A stretch of 64,000 nt of DNA from Azolla caroliniana (GCA_043228905.1 JBHGNT010000016.1:13082001-13146000), one strand, 5' to 3'; shown: positions 1 through 12,398, counted from the first letter of the stretch. Numbers and translations: made by a program. Notes: generated from the letters alone by a model not told the origin.

Positions 1-321
1 TGAGAGAATCTCACCGGCCTTCTTCATCCGGCTCTTGCCGGGTCTGCTTCATCTAGTTCTCATCGGTTTTCTTTATCCGGTTCTTACCAGGTCCTCCTTA
101 CCGGTCCTCTTCTTCCGGCTCTTGCCGGTTCTGCTTGATCCGATTCTTACCGGTTTTCATTATCCGGTTCTTACCGGGTCCTCCTTACCGGTCCTCTTCG
201 TCCGGCTCTTGCCGGTTCTGCTTGATCCGGTTCTTACCGATTCTCCTTACCGGATCCTCCTTACCCATCTGAAGGGACCAAAAATGCAATTTTCTCATAG
301 TGTGCGATTTACACTACGACA
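1..321 (-). repeat. 3' LTR (partial, runs off window) with ~87-bp CCGG-rich tandem repeats
   Basis: ccggtcctct recurs at 101 and 188. Ends in CGACA next to the PPT complement ctcaccccctcc. Confidence 0.8.
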
Positions 322-1686
322 CTCACCCCCTCCAAACCCGCACATCCTCTGGTATGTGCCGAAGTTGTCGGTGATTGTTAGTCTCGTTGCCAATCCCATT
401 GCCGGTTCTGTTCGGTTGCAGGTTTCCAGTTGCTGGCTCCGCCTAGTCACCGGTTCTCGTAATTCTCCTTTACTCGTAGTACGCTCCGTTTCTCTCGCTA
501 TGTCGACTTTGTCTCCCCATTTTGAGCATATCCATTCTTTCCACCCGAACCATTGTCGCCATCCAATCCACCATAATCTTCGTTCACTTTTTCCATGGCC
601 ATGTCCGGTTGTCACGGCTCCTCGTGTTCCTCTTGAGCATAACCCTTCATGTCTTGTGCATGTGCCATGCTTCCCACTTTGTCCACCTTTGTCATATAAT
701 CTCGCATTAGAGTTGTGAATCTTCATGTTATAGCCCTCCTTTGTCCAGATCTCTTCCTTGGTAACACCCTTCAAATCTGCTTGGCCATTGTCGTCTGTGG
801 TAGTGTGCTTGTTTGGTGTCTTCCTCGTGTTCACCGATCTCGATTGCTTCGACCTCCATTTGAGTCGGATTACCTTCTTTCCGAATCGGTCTCGTCTGAT
901 CGGTTTTCGGTTGGATCAACTTTCGATCGGATTCATATTTGGCCGAATCAGACTCAGTTGATCGGTTTTGACCGAGTCGGCCCTCGTCTGGGTCAGTTTC
1001 GATCTATTGGTTTCGGTTTCGGTTGGCTTTCTTTCGGATCAGAATTCCGTCCGGATCATCTTCCATCCCAACCGGCTTCCGACTTTACCTTTCTTGCCGC
1101 CACCTCCCGTCTCTCCGGTCTCACATTACTTCTCAGACACAACCGCCGAAGTCTCTAGGATTAGTGGGTAGGAATCCTCAGTATTATCGTTCTCCGTTGT
1201 TTCACCCATAGCCACCTTCTTGGTTATCTCTCCGTCGTATACATCGGCTTCGACCTTCATTTTCTCTCTGCCACCTTCCGTCTCTTCGGTCTCACGTTGC
1301 CTTTCGAACGCAACCGCGGAAATCTCTAGAACTAGTGGTGGGAAAGTCTTCATACGGCCATCCGCCATTGATTTGTCCATAGACACCTCCGATTCGATGT
1401 CATCTTTCGTGGCAACCTCCTCAATCAAGTCCGGCTCGCACTCTTTATCTCCCTCGATCATGCAAGCATCGATTATGCTTACCCCTTTTTCACCCGATGT
1501 TTCGGATACTTGTATTCCGAAACCTTCTTCCGTTCTTGAAGTGGTGTTCGCCACTCTCAAGTCATCGACCTTATCCTTGGCCGTCGTTCTTTTGCAAGAC
1601 AAGAGGATGCCTTGTTCCACACCCTCTCTCGTGGTACAATCGAATCGTACTTTGGCCTTCATATCAGCCACATCGTTCATCCTTAA

Positions 1687-2352
1687 TCAATCATCCCTTA
1701 TAGGCCATGTTGTTGCCGACAATATTCTCGTCTTCCTCTTATCATATCTTCGGCATACTCTTTCGACTTCAGCCCAATCCTCAGTAAGGCCATTTGCACC
1801 GTCATCATCTTCAAGTTGCATCCCGATGTCCATCCTTTCTTTCTGATCGATCGATCTTACGAACATTAGGACTATATCCTCCCCCAACAATCTTTGTTCC
1901 CTCTCCGAGCGTTGAGCAAAATGATACTCAAACTCTAGGAATGCTTGTTTTTCACTTCAGTGGGTTTTCTCCGATACCACCCATTCATCGAGCTCGCGTT
2001 GATCTCGTCCCTTCGATCTCTCCTAGTCATATGTCTCTCGTAAAGCTTCTTCAAAGGACCTCCACGTTGTGTTCTGTTGTCGTATCTCGTATATGCTCTC
2101 TTGTAGCTCGTCCGAGGCCACTTGACTTAAGGATATCACTTGCAATCCTTCCGGTATCCGACATCGCATCATCTCCGCCTTATAGTCACGTAGATAGCGT
2201 GACACATCGTTTTCGTTGAATTTCCTGTTTCGTTGCACAAGCCACTCTACTGCCGACTTCCTCTTCGACATTGCACGTTGCTCTAGTTGCATCCGCTCAA
2301 TCATCATCATCATTATGCTCATCCCCTCTTGTTGATTCTCCATTCCTTGCAA
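1687..2352 (-). pseudogene. Degenerate retrotransposon gag
   Basis: ORF pieces 2023-2352 and 1687-1890 (KFNENDVSRYLRDYKAEM...WRSFEEALRETY; GLTEDWAEVERVC) start just after the PBS and resemble the gag start at 27981/33531. In-frame stops are present. Confidence 0.65.
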
Positions 2353-2358
2353 CCTGCC

Positions 2359-2376
2359 TTCACGTCAGGTTCACCA
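2359..2376 (-). promoter_or_regulatory. Primer binding site, tRNA-Trp
   Basis: Minus strand TGGTGAACCTGACGTGAA is 17/18 complementary to the plant tRNA-Trp 3' end (TTCACGTCGGGTTCA-CCA, recalled) and lies 2 nt from the LTR end. Confidence 0.8.
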
Positions 2377-2555
2377 CTTGTGTCGTGCCTTTCGGCTCCG
2401 GATCGTTGCGTGAGTCGGGTGGGAACCACTGAGGTTTTGGACTAGGAGAAAGAAGAATTTGAGACGAGTTTGGTTATGAATAGATAGAAAGATAGGTAAG
2501 TTATTGTCGTGACTTGAGAATAGGAGAGAGAAAAATAAGATGACAGTAGAAGGTA

Positions 2556-2597
<42 letters not shown>

Positions 2598-2678
2598 ACA
2601 CTAGAAATGGAAAGAGAGTTTATATTATAAGAGAGCAAGGATTACAAAGAGTAGGCTAAGGGGTTACAAACTGGTGTT

Positions 2679-3794
2679 TGACGGGAACCCGACGTTCCTT
2701 ATGCGCAACGCTCGGCCACAATCGAGATTCTTTTCATACACAGAAAATGGGAAATAGAACACGACACAAAGAGGAGAAAGATACACAGGAGGTTAACGTG
2801 GAAAAACCCCAAACTAGGGGGAAAAACCACGGCAGCCCACAGGCTGCAAACTCTCACTATGTATGAATGTACAAAACAGTGAGTTCACGGAGGCAACGAC
2901 CTCGGACTCACGATCTTCGCCACAGGCGGCGGTTACAACAGAGGCAACGACTTCGTCTCTCTCTCTCTCTCTCTCTCTGTACAGTTACGCACTCTCTCTT
3001 CTTCTTGCACCAACAAGAAAAATGACAACAACATCAGTTACTAAAAGTTTGCCCTAAGTCATATTTATACTAATATGACTTTTCGGCTATTTACAAATAT
3101 AGCCTCGATGGGCTCTCAGAAACATATTTACGAATATGTCTCTTCCTCCGGATCATACCGGGCCTGCACCATCCGGCTCTCCGTAGCCGGGTACTCCTCA
3201 TCCGGTTCATACCGGTCCTGCACCATCCGGCTCTCCGTAGCCGAGTACTCCTCATCCGGATCATACCGGGCCTGCACCATCCGGCTCTCCGTAGCCGGGT
3301 ACTCCCCATCCGGTTCATACCGGGCCTGCACCATCCGGCTCTCCGTAGCCGGGTACTCCCCATCCGGTTCATACCGGGCCTGCACCATCCAGCTCTCCGT
3401 AGCCGGGTACTCCTCATCCGGATCATACCGGGCCTGCACCATCCGGCTCTCCGTAGCCGGGTACTCCCCATCCGGTTCATACCGCGCCTGCACCATCCGG
3501 CTCTCCGTAGCCGGGTACTCCTCATCCGGATCATACCGGGCCTGCACCATCCGGCTCTCCGTAGCCAGGTACTCCCCATCCGGCTCTCCGTAGCCGGGTA
3601 CTCCCCATCCGGTTCATACCGGGCCTGCACCATCCGGCTCTCCGTAGCCGGGTACTCCTCATCTGGATCATACCGGGCCTGCACCATCCGGCTCTTCGTA
3701 GCCGGGTACTCCTCATATGGTTTCGGCCTCGGCCGAGTTTGTTCGTCGGCACTGTTCTTCTCCCTTCCCATCCGGAGGGACCTGTTTCCCAATA
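2679..3794 (-). mobile_element. Solo LTR of Tork-type copia family B with 5-bp TSD GTGTT
   Basis: Homologous to LTRs at 43790-44518 and 49003-50247. GTGTT at 2674-2678 and 3795-3799. No adjacent PBS or PPT. Confidence 0.92.
3140..3715. repeat. 54-bp CCGG-rich tandem array in LTR U3 (~10 units)
   Basis: Unit ccggctacggagagccggatggtgcaggcccggtatgaaccggatgaggagtac on the minus strand; produces the periodic 18-aa ORFs in the track. Confidence 0.95.
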
Positions 3795-3831
3795 GTGTTG
3801 AACTGTATGAGTTGTGATGAATGAATAGACA

Positions 3832-3990
3832 CCTATTTATAGGTCCTTATGGAGTATTCTAGAATGTTCTAGAATATTTATGATATTTATGATATTTATG
3901 ATATTTAATATAATCATGGAATATCCTAGAATGTTCTAGAATACTCTAGACTATTCTGGAATACTCTAGAATGTTCTAGAATACTCTAAA
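3832..3990 (-). promoter_or_regulatory. Chromovirus LTR promoter: TATA box plus heat-shock-element arrays
   Basis: TATAAATAGG (minus) at 3841-3832. TTCtaGAAtgTTCtaGAA at 3857-3874 and further nGAAn/nTTCn runs at ~3920-3990. Confidence 0.6.
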
Positions 3991-4119
3991 TGTCTTGTAA
4001 TAAGTAATAATACATTTATTATAACTATACATCATATATAATAGTATAATGGTTAAAGGTCTAACATATAGACCAAGACGTCTTGGGCTCGAATCTTTGG
4101 AAGGCCAAAATGTATGTCG

Positions 4120-5760
4120 TCATGACATTATCCCCCCTTTTTGACGACGAGTTCCACGAGTCGGAAGACAAGATTTCGGACTTGGCTTATGAGGATATTT
4201 GTAGTGAAATGCAACAACCATTTCGGAGGCATTAGCAAGATTCTCAAGAGGTTCCCATGTTCGATCATTAGGTGTATAACCTAACCAGTCAACCAAATAA
4301 TACAGTTTGTTGCGAACGATCTTGGAGTCGAGAATGGTAGCAACTTCATATTCGGAGCCATCCAAAACTTTAATTGGAGGTGGGGGAGATGTAAGATGGC
4401 CTGGAATAGAGCTGGTTGTGTACGGCTCCAAAAGTGAAACATGGAAGACCGGGTGAAGATGCATATGAGGGGGAAGATCAAGGCGAAATGCCACATCATT
4501 GATTTTACCAGATATCACATATGGGCCAAAACGTTGATAATCCAATTTGCAGCAAGGTCGGGTTGTTTTAATGCGACCTTGTAAAAGCCATACTCGATCC
4601 CCCACTTGAAACGTAGTTGATGAATCACGTCGATGACGGTCGGCAACCTTCTTATGAGTTTTTTGAGCATCACATAAATGGTGCAAAAGGATATCTTGAA
4701 CTTCTTAGAGTCGGGTGAGCCGATCTTCAGCAGCCGGGTTTGTCGGGAGTTCGGGATGCTCAAGCATAGTCCAACGAGGATGGTACCCAATGTTTGCAAA
4801 AAATGGGGAATATCTAGTAGAAGAATTTTCTGAGTTGTTGTAAGCAAATTCCGCCAAATGTAATAGATCAACCCAATCATCTTGTTGATAGTTGACAAAA
4901 CAACGAAGATATTGTTCTACTATTTGGTTGGTGTGCTCACTCTGTCCGTTAGTTTCTAGATGGTAGCCGAAAGAGAGTTTGCAAGAAGTATGTAAGAGTT
5001 TGAACATGTGCCGCCAAAATTTTGAGATGAACTGGGGACCCCGATCACTGATAATATCATCAGGAAGACCATGATGCCGAAACACCTCTCGCATGAGTAA
5101 CTCGGTTGTCTCTTGGCTCGTAATGGCCTTTGTGCAGGGAAGAAAATGTGCCATCTTGGTAAAACGATCTACTACCGTGAGAATAGAATCAAAACCCTTG
5201 GAGGGTGGTAGATCCGTAATGAAGTCCAATGAAATAGATTTCCATGGACTCTCAGGAATAGGCATTGCTTGTAATAAGCCATATGGATGATGTCGAGGTT
5301 TTTTGGATCGACAACATATATCACAACGACGAACATAATCCGTAACAAAATGGCGAAGTCGTGGCCACCAATACCTTCGAGAAATTAATGCCAAAGTCTT
5401 GTGGATGCCAAAATGTCCAGCCATTGGTGTATCATGACATTGTTGCAAGACTTGGAGTCGAGAAGGACCATCAGGCACATATTAGAGATTTTGTCGAAAA
5501 AGTAAACCATCATGCCAATTGAACTGGTTGTAGTCTTGACAAGGATTTTGAGATTGTGAACAAGAAGCACGATCTGGGATAATATGGTTCAGAATATCTT
5601 GGGCGAATTCATCAGTCTCAATATGCTCCCGAATGGAGTCTAGAAGACTTGAATCCTCGGGTGTGTTTATAACATGAAAAGCCATTAGTCGTAGACGGTC
5701 AGGACCCAAGAGGATTTGCTTCTGACTTTCAAATGCGGCCTCTCCTGGTTGAAGTTCCAT
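4120..5760 (-). pseudogene. Integrase + group I chromodomain, interrupted by stops
   Basis: EYEVATILDSK...YYLVDWLGY...TWEP (aromatic cage residues present). Split into three ORFs by in-frame stops. Confidence 0.88.
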
Positions 5761-6441
5761 ATATGAATCTCGTGAATCCCACGAGTTTAGTGTATTTAAT
5801 CAATATTTATAGTAAGAGACAATTTTGATCACAAATTCGTGAATCCCACGAATATATTATATTAATTGGTATTTTAGGAAATATATTCAATTTCCAAATA
5901 TTCCACACACCTATTACATTGAGCTCCCCATCCTTATATAGTGATGAGAGAGTCTTAACAATCCATGCTTTTTCTATAGATAGACTCTATGCTTTTTCTA
6001 AAGTGATCCTACTTTTTCTAATTTGGTGCGTTTTATCAATTACGGTGTTCATGCATGCTACATGTGCATGCGTAGCTTTTTCTTTTATCATGCGTTTTCT
6101 TCTAACTCAAGTTTATCCTAGCGTGAACTTTACTTTTTTAACACTGATGATATGTTAGTGTAATGGTAAGGCTTTACATTATTAACATGGAGGTACATGG
6201 TTTGAACTGGGTCCTTCTTACCGGTCCTCTTCGTCCGGCTCTTGCTGGTTCTGCTTGATCCGGTTCTTATTGGTTTTCTTTATCCGGTTCTTACTGGGTC
6301 CTCCTTACCGGTCCTCTTCGTCCGGCTCTTGCCGGTTCTGCTTGATCCGGTTCTTACCGGTTCTCCTTACCGGATCCTCCTTACCCATCCGAAGGGACCA
6401 AAAATGCAATTTTCTCATAGTGTGCGATTTACACAACGACA

Positions 6442-9320
6442 ACGTGCCGAAGTCGTACTGGGCGGAAGTGACTAACACGGCCGTATACCTCATGAATCGG
6501 TGTACGACATCGGGTGTGCACAAACTTATTCCTCACAAGAAGTTTTTCGGAAAGAAGCCGGACCAATCACATTTTCAGATATTCGGCTCCATTGCGTATG
6601 TGCACATCCCCGACGAGAAGCGACAAAAGCTAGACCCGAAGTTAGAGAAATGTACCCTCGTAGGATATTCACTGGAGCAAAAGGGGTACAAGTGCTATAA
6701 CCCCTCAACTCGAAAATCTTGAGTAAGTCGAGACGTCGTTTTCAATGAGTCCGCATCCTGGTACGCACCAGAGACAACTTCGATTCCGATTCCGTGCGAC
6801 CTGGAATCCGCCAAAATAGAGATTGAAGCCAAAGATCAGCTCAGGCGCATGTTCGAAGAAAGCCCGATTACGACAAAGCTTAGTGAACCACAAGAGCCTG
6901 CGAGTGATCAAAGCACATCTCGGCTGAGTCCGAAGTTGGACAAAGGGAAGGCGAAAATGCCGAAGTATGAAGAAAATCACTTCGACGGGAACGAATTGAC
7001 TGATTCCCTTGATAGTGACTTCAAAGGCCTTGAAATCCGGACTAATGGAGTGAAGAAAGCCTTAGAATCCGCAAACGAGAAGCTACGCCGATCCACCTAT
7101 GAAAAGAAGCTTGTAAGCTGATTCAGCTACAATGATTAGATGGCATACCATTACACCTTTATGATGAAGGTAGCGACAATACGGGAGCTGGAAACCTTTT
7201 CCGAATGCATGAAGGACCTAAGATGGATCGAAGCAACGAACGAGGAGATGCAGGCACTTTGCAAGAACGAAACATGGGATCTCGTTCCCCACTCACTGCA
7301 CAAGAAGGCGATTGGTTGCAAATGGATCTACAAGGTGAAGTATAATGCCGATGGCTCCGTAAACCGCTACAAAGCTCGACTCATAGCGAAAGGATATGCA
7401 CAAACACATGGAGTCGACTACGAAGAGACATTTTCCCTCGTGACAAAGATGATGACGATGCGGACCGTAATTGCACTTGCAGCGGTAAAAGGGTGGCACC
7501 TCCATTAGAAGGACGTAAAGAACACCTTTCTTCAAGGCGAATTAGAAGAGGAGGTATACATGGTACAACCACCTGGCTTCGAATCGCGTACTTATCCGAA
7601 ATCCATGTTTCGACTCAAGAAGCCACTCTACGGCCTCAAGCAAGCACCGCGTGCTTGACATTTGAAGATTACGCAATATCTTCATCAAATCGGCTTTAGA
7701 ATGTCGAAATCTGACAACTCCCTCTACGTACGAAACGACTCTAGAAGCTTGATTGTCATCATCCTATACGTGGATGATCTAGTTATTGGAGGTGAGCATT
7801 TGGTCGATATCAACAAGGTGAAATCCCTCCTCTCCAACAAATTTGAGATGACGAACATGAAGGAGCTTCATTACTTCCTAGGCATCGAAGTAATTCAGAT
7901 TCTGATCGGCATTATGATTTGTCAACGACACTACATTCTCAACTTATTATACAAGTTTGGGATGACAGAGTGCAAATTTGTGGCAACCCCTCTCAATTTA
8001 TGATGAGTGCGAGCCGACTCAATATCGACAATTGATCGGGAGCCTCATCTATCTCACGATCATGCGACCCGACCTCAACTATCCGGTCGGCCTCCTTAGC
8101 CAATTCATGCAAACTCCCTGAAATATCCATTTCGATTGCGCTAAGCGAGTAAATATTACGATACGTGAGTGACACAATGGATTTCGACATCCTCTACACA
8201 TCGGCCACACCAATTCGACTCGAAGGGTACACGGATGCCGGTAGGGCTCACTACAGAGCTGATTGACGATCGACCTCCGGATTTTTCTTCTCGTTTGGTA
8301 GTGGAGCAATATCTTGGAGTAGTACGAAGCAACTTATCGTCGCACTTTCGAGTACCGAGGCCAAATATAGGGGCGACGTCGTAGTTGTGTGTGAAGCTGT
8401 ATGGCTCAAGAGGATTTTGAAGGATCTGGGCATTCCCATCAATGATCCGACTCCCATTTACTGTGACAAAATGAGCAGTATTTATCTGGCTCGGAACTCG
8501 GTGTTCCACACACGCATGAAGCATATCGAAGTACATTATCACTTCATTCGAGAGCGTGTTCAGGCTGGAGATGTCGATCTTCTACACATCAACACAAATC
8601 GTCAAACGACTGACATCTTCATGAAAGCCCTTGGAGCCTACAGGCTTCGACAATTCATGTCAAACTTTGGATTGACGATCCTTGACTTGCCAAGCTTGAG
8701 GGGGAGTACAAGCGAGAACCGGATACCTTCCGAACCGGGTACGAGCCGAAGCGGACACCAGCTCGTACCCGGTTCGGCTCAAAATACCAACCGGATACCA
8801 ACCGAAGTAGATGTCAATCGAAAGGAACCAACCCGAGTTGAGCTTGAGGGGGCGTGTTAAGAATCAAGCTCAAAATAGCACAACGTGTGAACATACCTTT
8901 TGAGAATCTATGATTACTCAAAGGTGAGGAGTCACACCACTACTCTCTACACATTAACTATGTGTCATAAAATCATATTCTATGACACATAACTAATGAG
9001 TTATATATTCCCCATGATTATGAGTCTTCACATTCCCCAAGAGAGAGTAGTTGTTGTAGTTAGTTAATGAAGAGAGGGAGTGACTATAATAAAAACACCC
9101 TTTTCCTAGTTTATACTAAGTCAGGTTGTGACTCCTTGTTATGCTACATTTTGTAAATCTTATTCTACTTGTGAAATATACACCTTCTTCTTGAGTATTC
9201 TATTTTCCTCTCATTTATCTATCTCGAGTTCTCTTTTCTCTCCTCTCTTCTTCTCTCACACATATACACACATAATGCACATTTATTCCGCTGCACAAGA
9301 ATCACCATCGATTCTTTACA
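6442..9320 (+). mobile_element. Decayed Ty1/copia (family A) 3' half: integrase C-term, RT, RNase H, 3' LTR 8855-9320
   Basis: YWAE..TAVYLMNR, FGSIAYVHIP, KARLIAKGY, ILYVDDL, HTRMKHIEVHYHFIRE with many stops. PPT GAGGGGG before TGTTAA at 8855; LTR ends ...TTTACA. Confidence 0.9.
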
Positions 9321-9369
9321 GTAAATATATATTTTGGCAACAACTCATTTTAAATGCCCTTACATAGAA

Positions 9370-9655
9370 AACATACATATGTTTAATATATGTGTGTATG
9401 TATATATTGTATTGTATTATATTGCATGTGTTGTATATATTTTATGTATGGGTTATGTGTATGTATTTTAACATGTATGTATTGTATTACATGTGAATGT
9501 ACATATGTAGTGTATTGTACTGTATTGCATGTGTTGTATATATTTTATGTATTTCGTGTGTATGTGTGTGCGTGTGTTCTATATATGTGCGTGCGTTCTA
9601 TACATGTGTGTGCATGTGTTCTATATATGTGCATGCGTGAACGTGTTTTATACAT
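9370..9655. repeat. TA/TG low-complexity microsatellite tract
   Basis: Degenerate (TG)n/(TATG)n sequence. Confidence 0.85.
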
Positions 9656-9657
9656 GT

Positions 9658-9720
9658 CACTACAACAAAAGAAGCTAGTAGTGATGCCAAAACACATCAC
9701 TATTGGCGTTGCTTATATAC
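9658..9720 (+). mobile_element. Probable CACTA transposon terminus
   Basis: CACTACAACAAAA at a sharp compositional boundary, followed by inverted subterminal motifs tagtgatg...catcacta. Matching other end not found. Confidence 0.5.
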
Positions 9721-10414
9721 CATCATTGTGCAACACCTTTTGAAAAGATTAAATTTTGCTTTTACTGTTTTTAATAATAATAATAAATCTTTTCTTTATT
9801 TCTTTTTTAAAATATATGTTTGTATGTATCGATGTATGTATGTTTGTTTGCATGTATGCTAGTGTGGAGCATATGTGTCTTCAAACTATCTTCGAAGAAG
9901 GATCACCATCTAAGCACTAAGCATGAAAGGTTGTCTTCATTCCATGCCTATGTAACAATGCATATATCGTGGCTTCCTAGAAGTGAAAAACAATATATCT
10001 AAAAGAGCATATATAATAACAAAAATACTACACTATGAGATGTCCAAGAATAATTCACAACATTCAACTTGAGCAAGAACTTCACCGGATAAAAATGTTG
10101 CAATGCTAGAACAAACACACTTGAGTTTTTCTCTAAGAAAAATTTAGCATTTGAGTTCCTAAGTTGTTACAATGCAATCACTCACACACAATACTTTTAA
10201 CCTATAAAACATATTCTCTTCCATCACCATAGCCATTAATCTCTCTGCAACAGAAACAAAGTAAGTAGGCTCTGGAAGCCACAGAGCTTTACATCAAAAA
10301 CATTTTATTTGAAATTGGCAAGAAAAGTAGTGTTAGGTTATCATCAATGTAAATATAATCAAGCTTCATGTACATGCCCTTTATCATAGTCCTTATGAAA
10401 TTTGACATTTGCAA

Positions 10415-10611
10415 ACCTACACACACATAAAACACGCTTTTTTACTTCTTTGTTGAGCACCATCATTCAATAAGTTGAAAACCTATGGAGTAACAATAAG
10501 AAACCAAAGGTTACCTACACACATATAAAACACGCTTTTTTACTTCTTTGTCGAGCACCATCATTCAATAAGTTGAAAACCTATGGAGTAACAATAAGAA
10601 ACCAAAGGTTA
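10415..10611. repeat. 98-bp tandem duplication (2 copies)
   Basis: acctacacaca...aaccaaaggtt starts at 10415 and 10513, nearly identical. Confidence 0.95.
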
Positions 10612-11871
10612 ATATATTGGTCGAATGAAATAACACAATCAAAATGATAGTTGCAAACAAAAGATATAGAGTAATAATCAAGAAGCATCAATCATTATAC
10701 CTTCACCTCCTAAGTGATGTAGGTTGTGCACAATAACATCAACTTATGTGGTCAATAATATAATATGCAACCCATAACTATGTATGTGTATATATTTATA
10801 ATCATGTATTGATGCATGCCTAATGGTTTTCGTATTACTATATGTCTCAATGAGCTCACTTTTCTCGAACACATCAATGCTGGAAGCTTGAATTAACGAA
10901 GTCTACTTCCTTATAATTTCAAAGGAAACTCCAACATTGCAAGAACTATTCAGGGTCAAGACACTCATAAATGTCATTTCTTGCCCAAATAAACACATGC
11001 TTCAACCTTGTCAATTGTTTCTATGCAATCATGCCACCTTGAATAGCAAAGAAATTTGTTCATTTAGTAAAGAAATTTGGAAACGAAACAAGAGAATGGA
11101 ATTTCATGTTTGGGTTAGCAGATTAAGATTATCGTTAATATAACACATATCAACAAGATCTACGGCCTTTTCGGCAAAGATATCACAAAATAAATTAATT
11201 GTTTTTTATGTGCACCTCAGTGTTGGTTGGTCAAGATTCAAATGATATGGCATAAGCTCTTCGGAAGTTGTATTGGTTCGCCGTCTTTCTTTTTTAGATG
11301 ATGGTAGATGTGGATTCGATCTTGCATTATCACGAAAGCTTGCACACATCACAACAAACTTTTGTTCGATTGTCACTAGAATCTCTGGCCTCTATTGTAA
11401 ATCACTTCTTGAAGCCGCATGAAGTTTCTCAAGACCGAAAGAGCTAGTCTTTCATGTGAAATGACAATGGCAAATACACAGAGTAACATGGCAAAAAAAG
11501 CATGCGAGAGAATGCTACAAATGCATGTAATTTTTTCAATTGATTTTTACAATCTTGCATCTTTAAATTGCATTATAACAATGTTAGCTTTTGCAAGAGG
11601 ACTACTGTAATTTTACATGAAAAGTAAAAATTACATGTGAAGAAATTACTTGTCCTACACATGCTTGCTAGAGAACTACTTCGAAGAGGAGGTCGTTCGC
11701 TCATGGTGCTCTCTCTCTCTCTTTGGAATCATCTCTTTAGGGATATCAATTTTTTTCCCATCTGAACCATAACAAAAGTGTTAGAGCAAAACAATAGGCC
11801 TCAAGTAACAAAAGCAAAAAGGAAGTCAATACTCAATTTACATATAAAAGTTTGTAAAGTTTTCATTTCAT

Positions 11872-12365
11872 TTACTTCCTCCAATTTTGCGAATCTGAGC
11901 CACCACTTGAATACCTATTGTTACCCCAACCATAACCACCACTGTGATTGCTGCCACCATAGCCACCATTTCCGCCACCATTGGCATCGTTATAGCCATC
12001 GGCATGACCACTAGCACCATATCCACCATTTCCTCGATTGATCTCTCCTTGCTACCATAACTTCCACGATCTCCATATCGTGAACCACCCCTCTATTGGA
12101 GGCATGATAGCCTCCATCACCCCACCTGATCTTGGTTCACAGTAATGTTGCTTCCATTCATCGACTCAATTGCATTCGTCATCGCTTGCTCATTAGAGAA
12201 TGTCACAAAGCCAAAGCCTCGTGATCGTCTCATTTCACAACCATTGATAAGCTTGGGGTTGATAACTTCGCTGAAGTATCGAAAGGCGTCTACAAGGCTG
12301 CGATTATCGGTGGTCCACGCAAGAACTCCGACGAAGCAACAATACTCAAGATCTACAACAACCAT
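11872..12365 (-). pseudogene. GRP7: Intronless pseudogene of a glycine-rich RNA-binding protein (GRP7/GRP8-like; RRM + Gly tail)
   Basis: EYCCFVGVLAWTTD (RNP2) and RSRGFGFVTF (RNP1), decayed GGT-rich tail ending GGSDSQNWRK* at 11872. Premature stop at 12117 and a deletion before NITVN. No intron at the conserved K|IIND position. Confidence 0.88.
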
Positions 12366-12396
12366 GGAAGCTTGGAGGTGGGGACGGGGGTGGAGG

Positions 12397-12398
<2 letters not shown>

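Larger units (their letters stand above)
2505..5766 (-). mobile_element. Chromovirus (Ty3/gypsy, Tcn1-like) 3' half: integrase, chromodomain, PPT and 3' LTR (2505-4127)
   Basis: LTR ends TGTCGTGAC...GTCATGACA. PPT complement ttatccccccttttt at 4128. ORFs 4120-5760 carry the HHCC zinc finger, DFITDLP/SDRGPQF core, GPY/F motif and chromodomain. 5' truncated. Confidence 0.9.
1..6441 (-). mobile_element. Gypsy-type LTR element with tRNA-Trp PBS, gag-only internal region (non-autonomous); 5' LTR broken by nested insertions
   Basis: Matching LTR ends TGTCG at 6441 and 321 (offset 6120; 89-321 aligns to 6209-6441). PPT GGAGGGGGTGAG at 333-322, PBS at 2376-2359, 5' LTR 3' end at 2379. It sits inside a copia integrase at 6442. 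Confidence 0.75.

Noticed and set aside
35-718. 227-aa ORF
   Set aside because: Crosses the LTR boundary antisense to the element and arises from the 87-bp repeat.
3075-3792. Repetitive ORFs (MVQARYEPDEEYPATESR)n and a possible CRISPR-like array, also at 49000-49850 and 51450-52050
   Set aside because: Head-to-tail 54-bp units with no unique spacers inside an LTR; frames stay open because the unit is a stop-free multiple of 3.
6150-6210. Functional tRNA gene (also 26497-26560)
   Set aside because: Only degenerate A/B boxes; no cloverleaf or acceptor stem can be formed.
10840-11460. Possible decayed exons on the minus strand
   Set aside because: Short stop-ridden peptides that I could not assign to any family.
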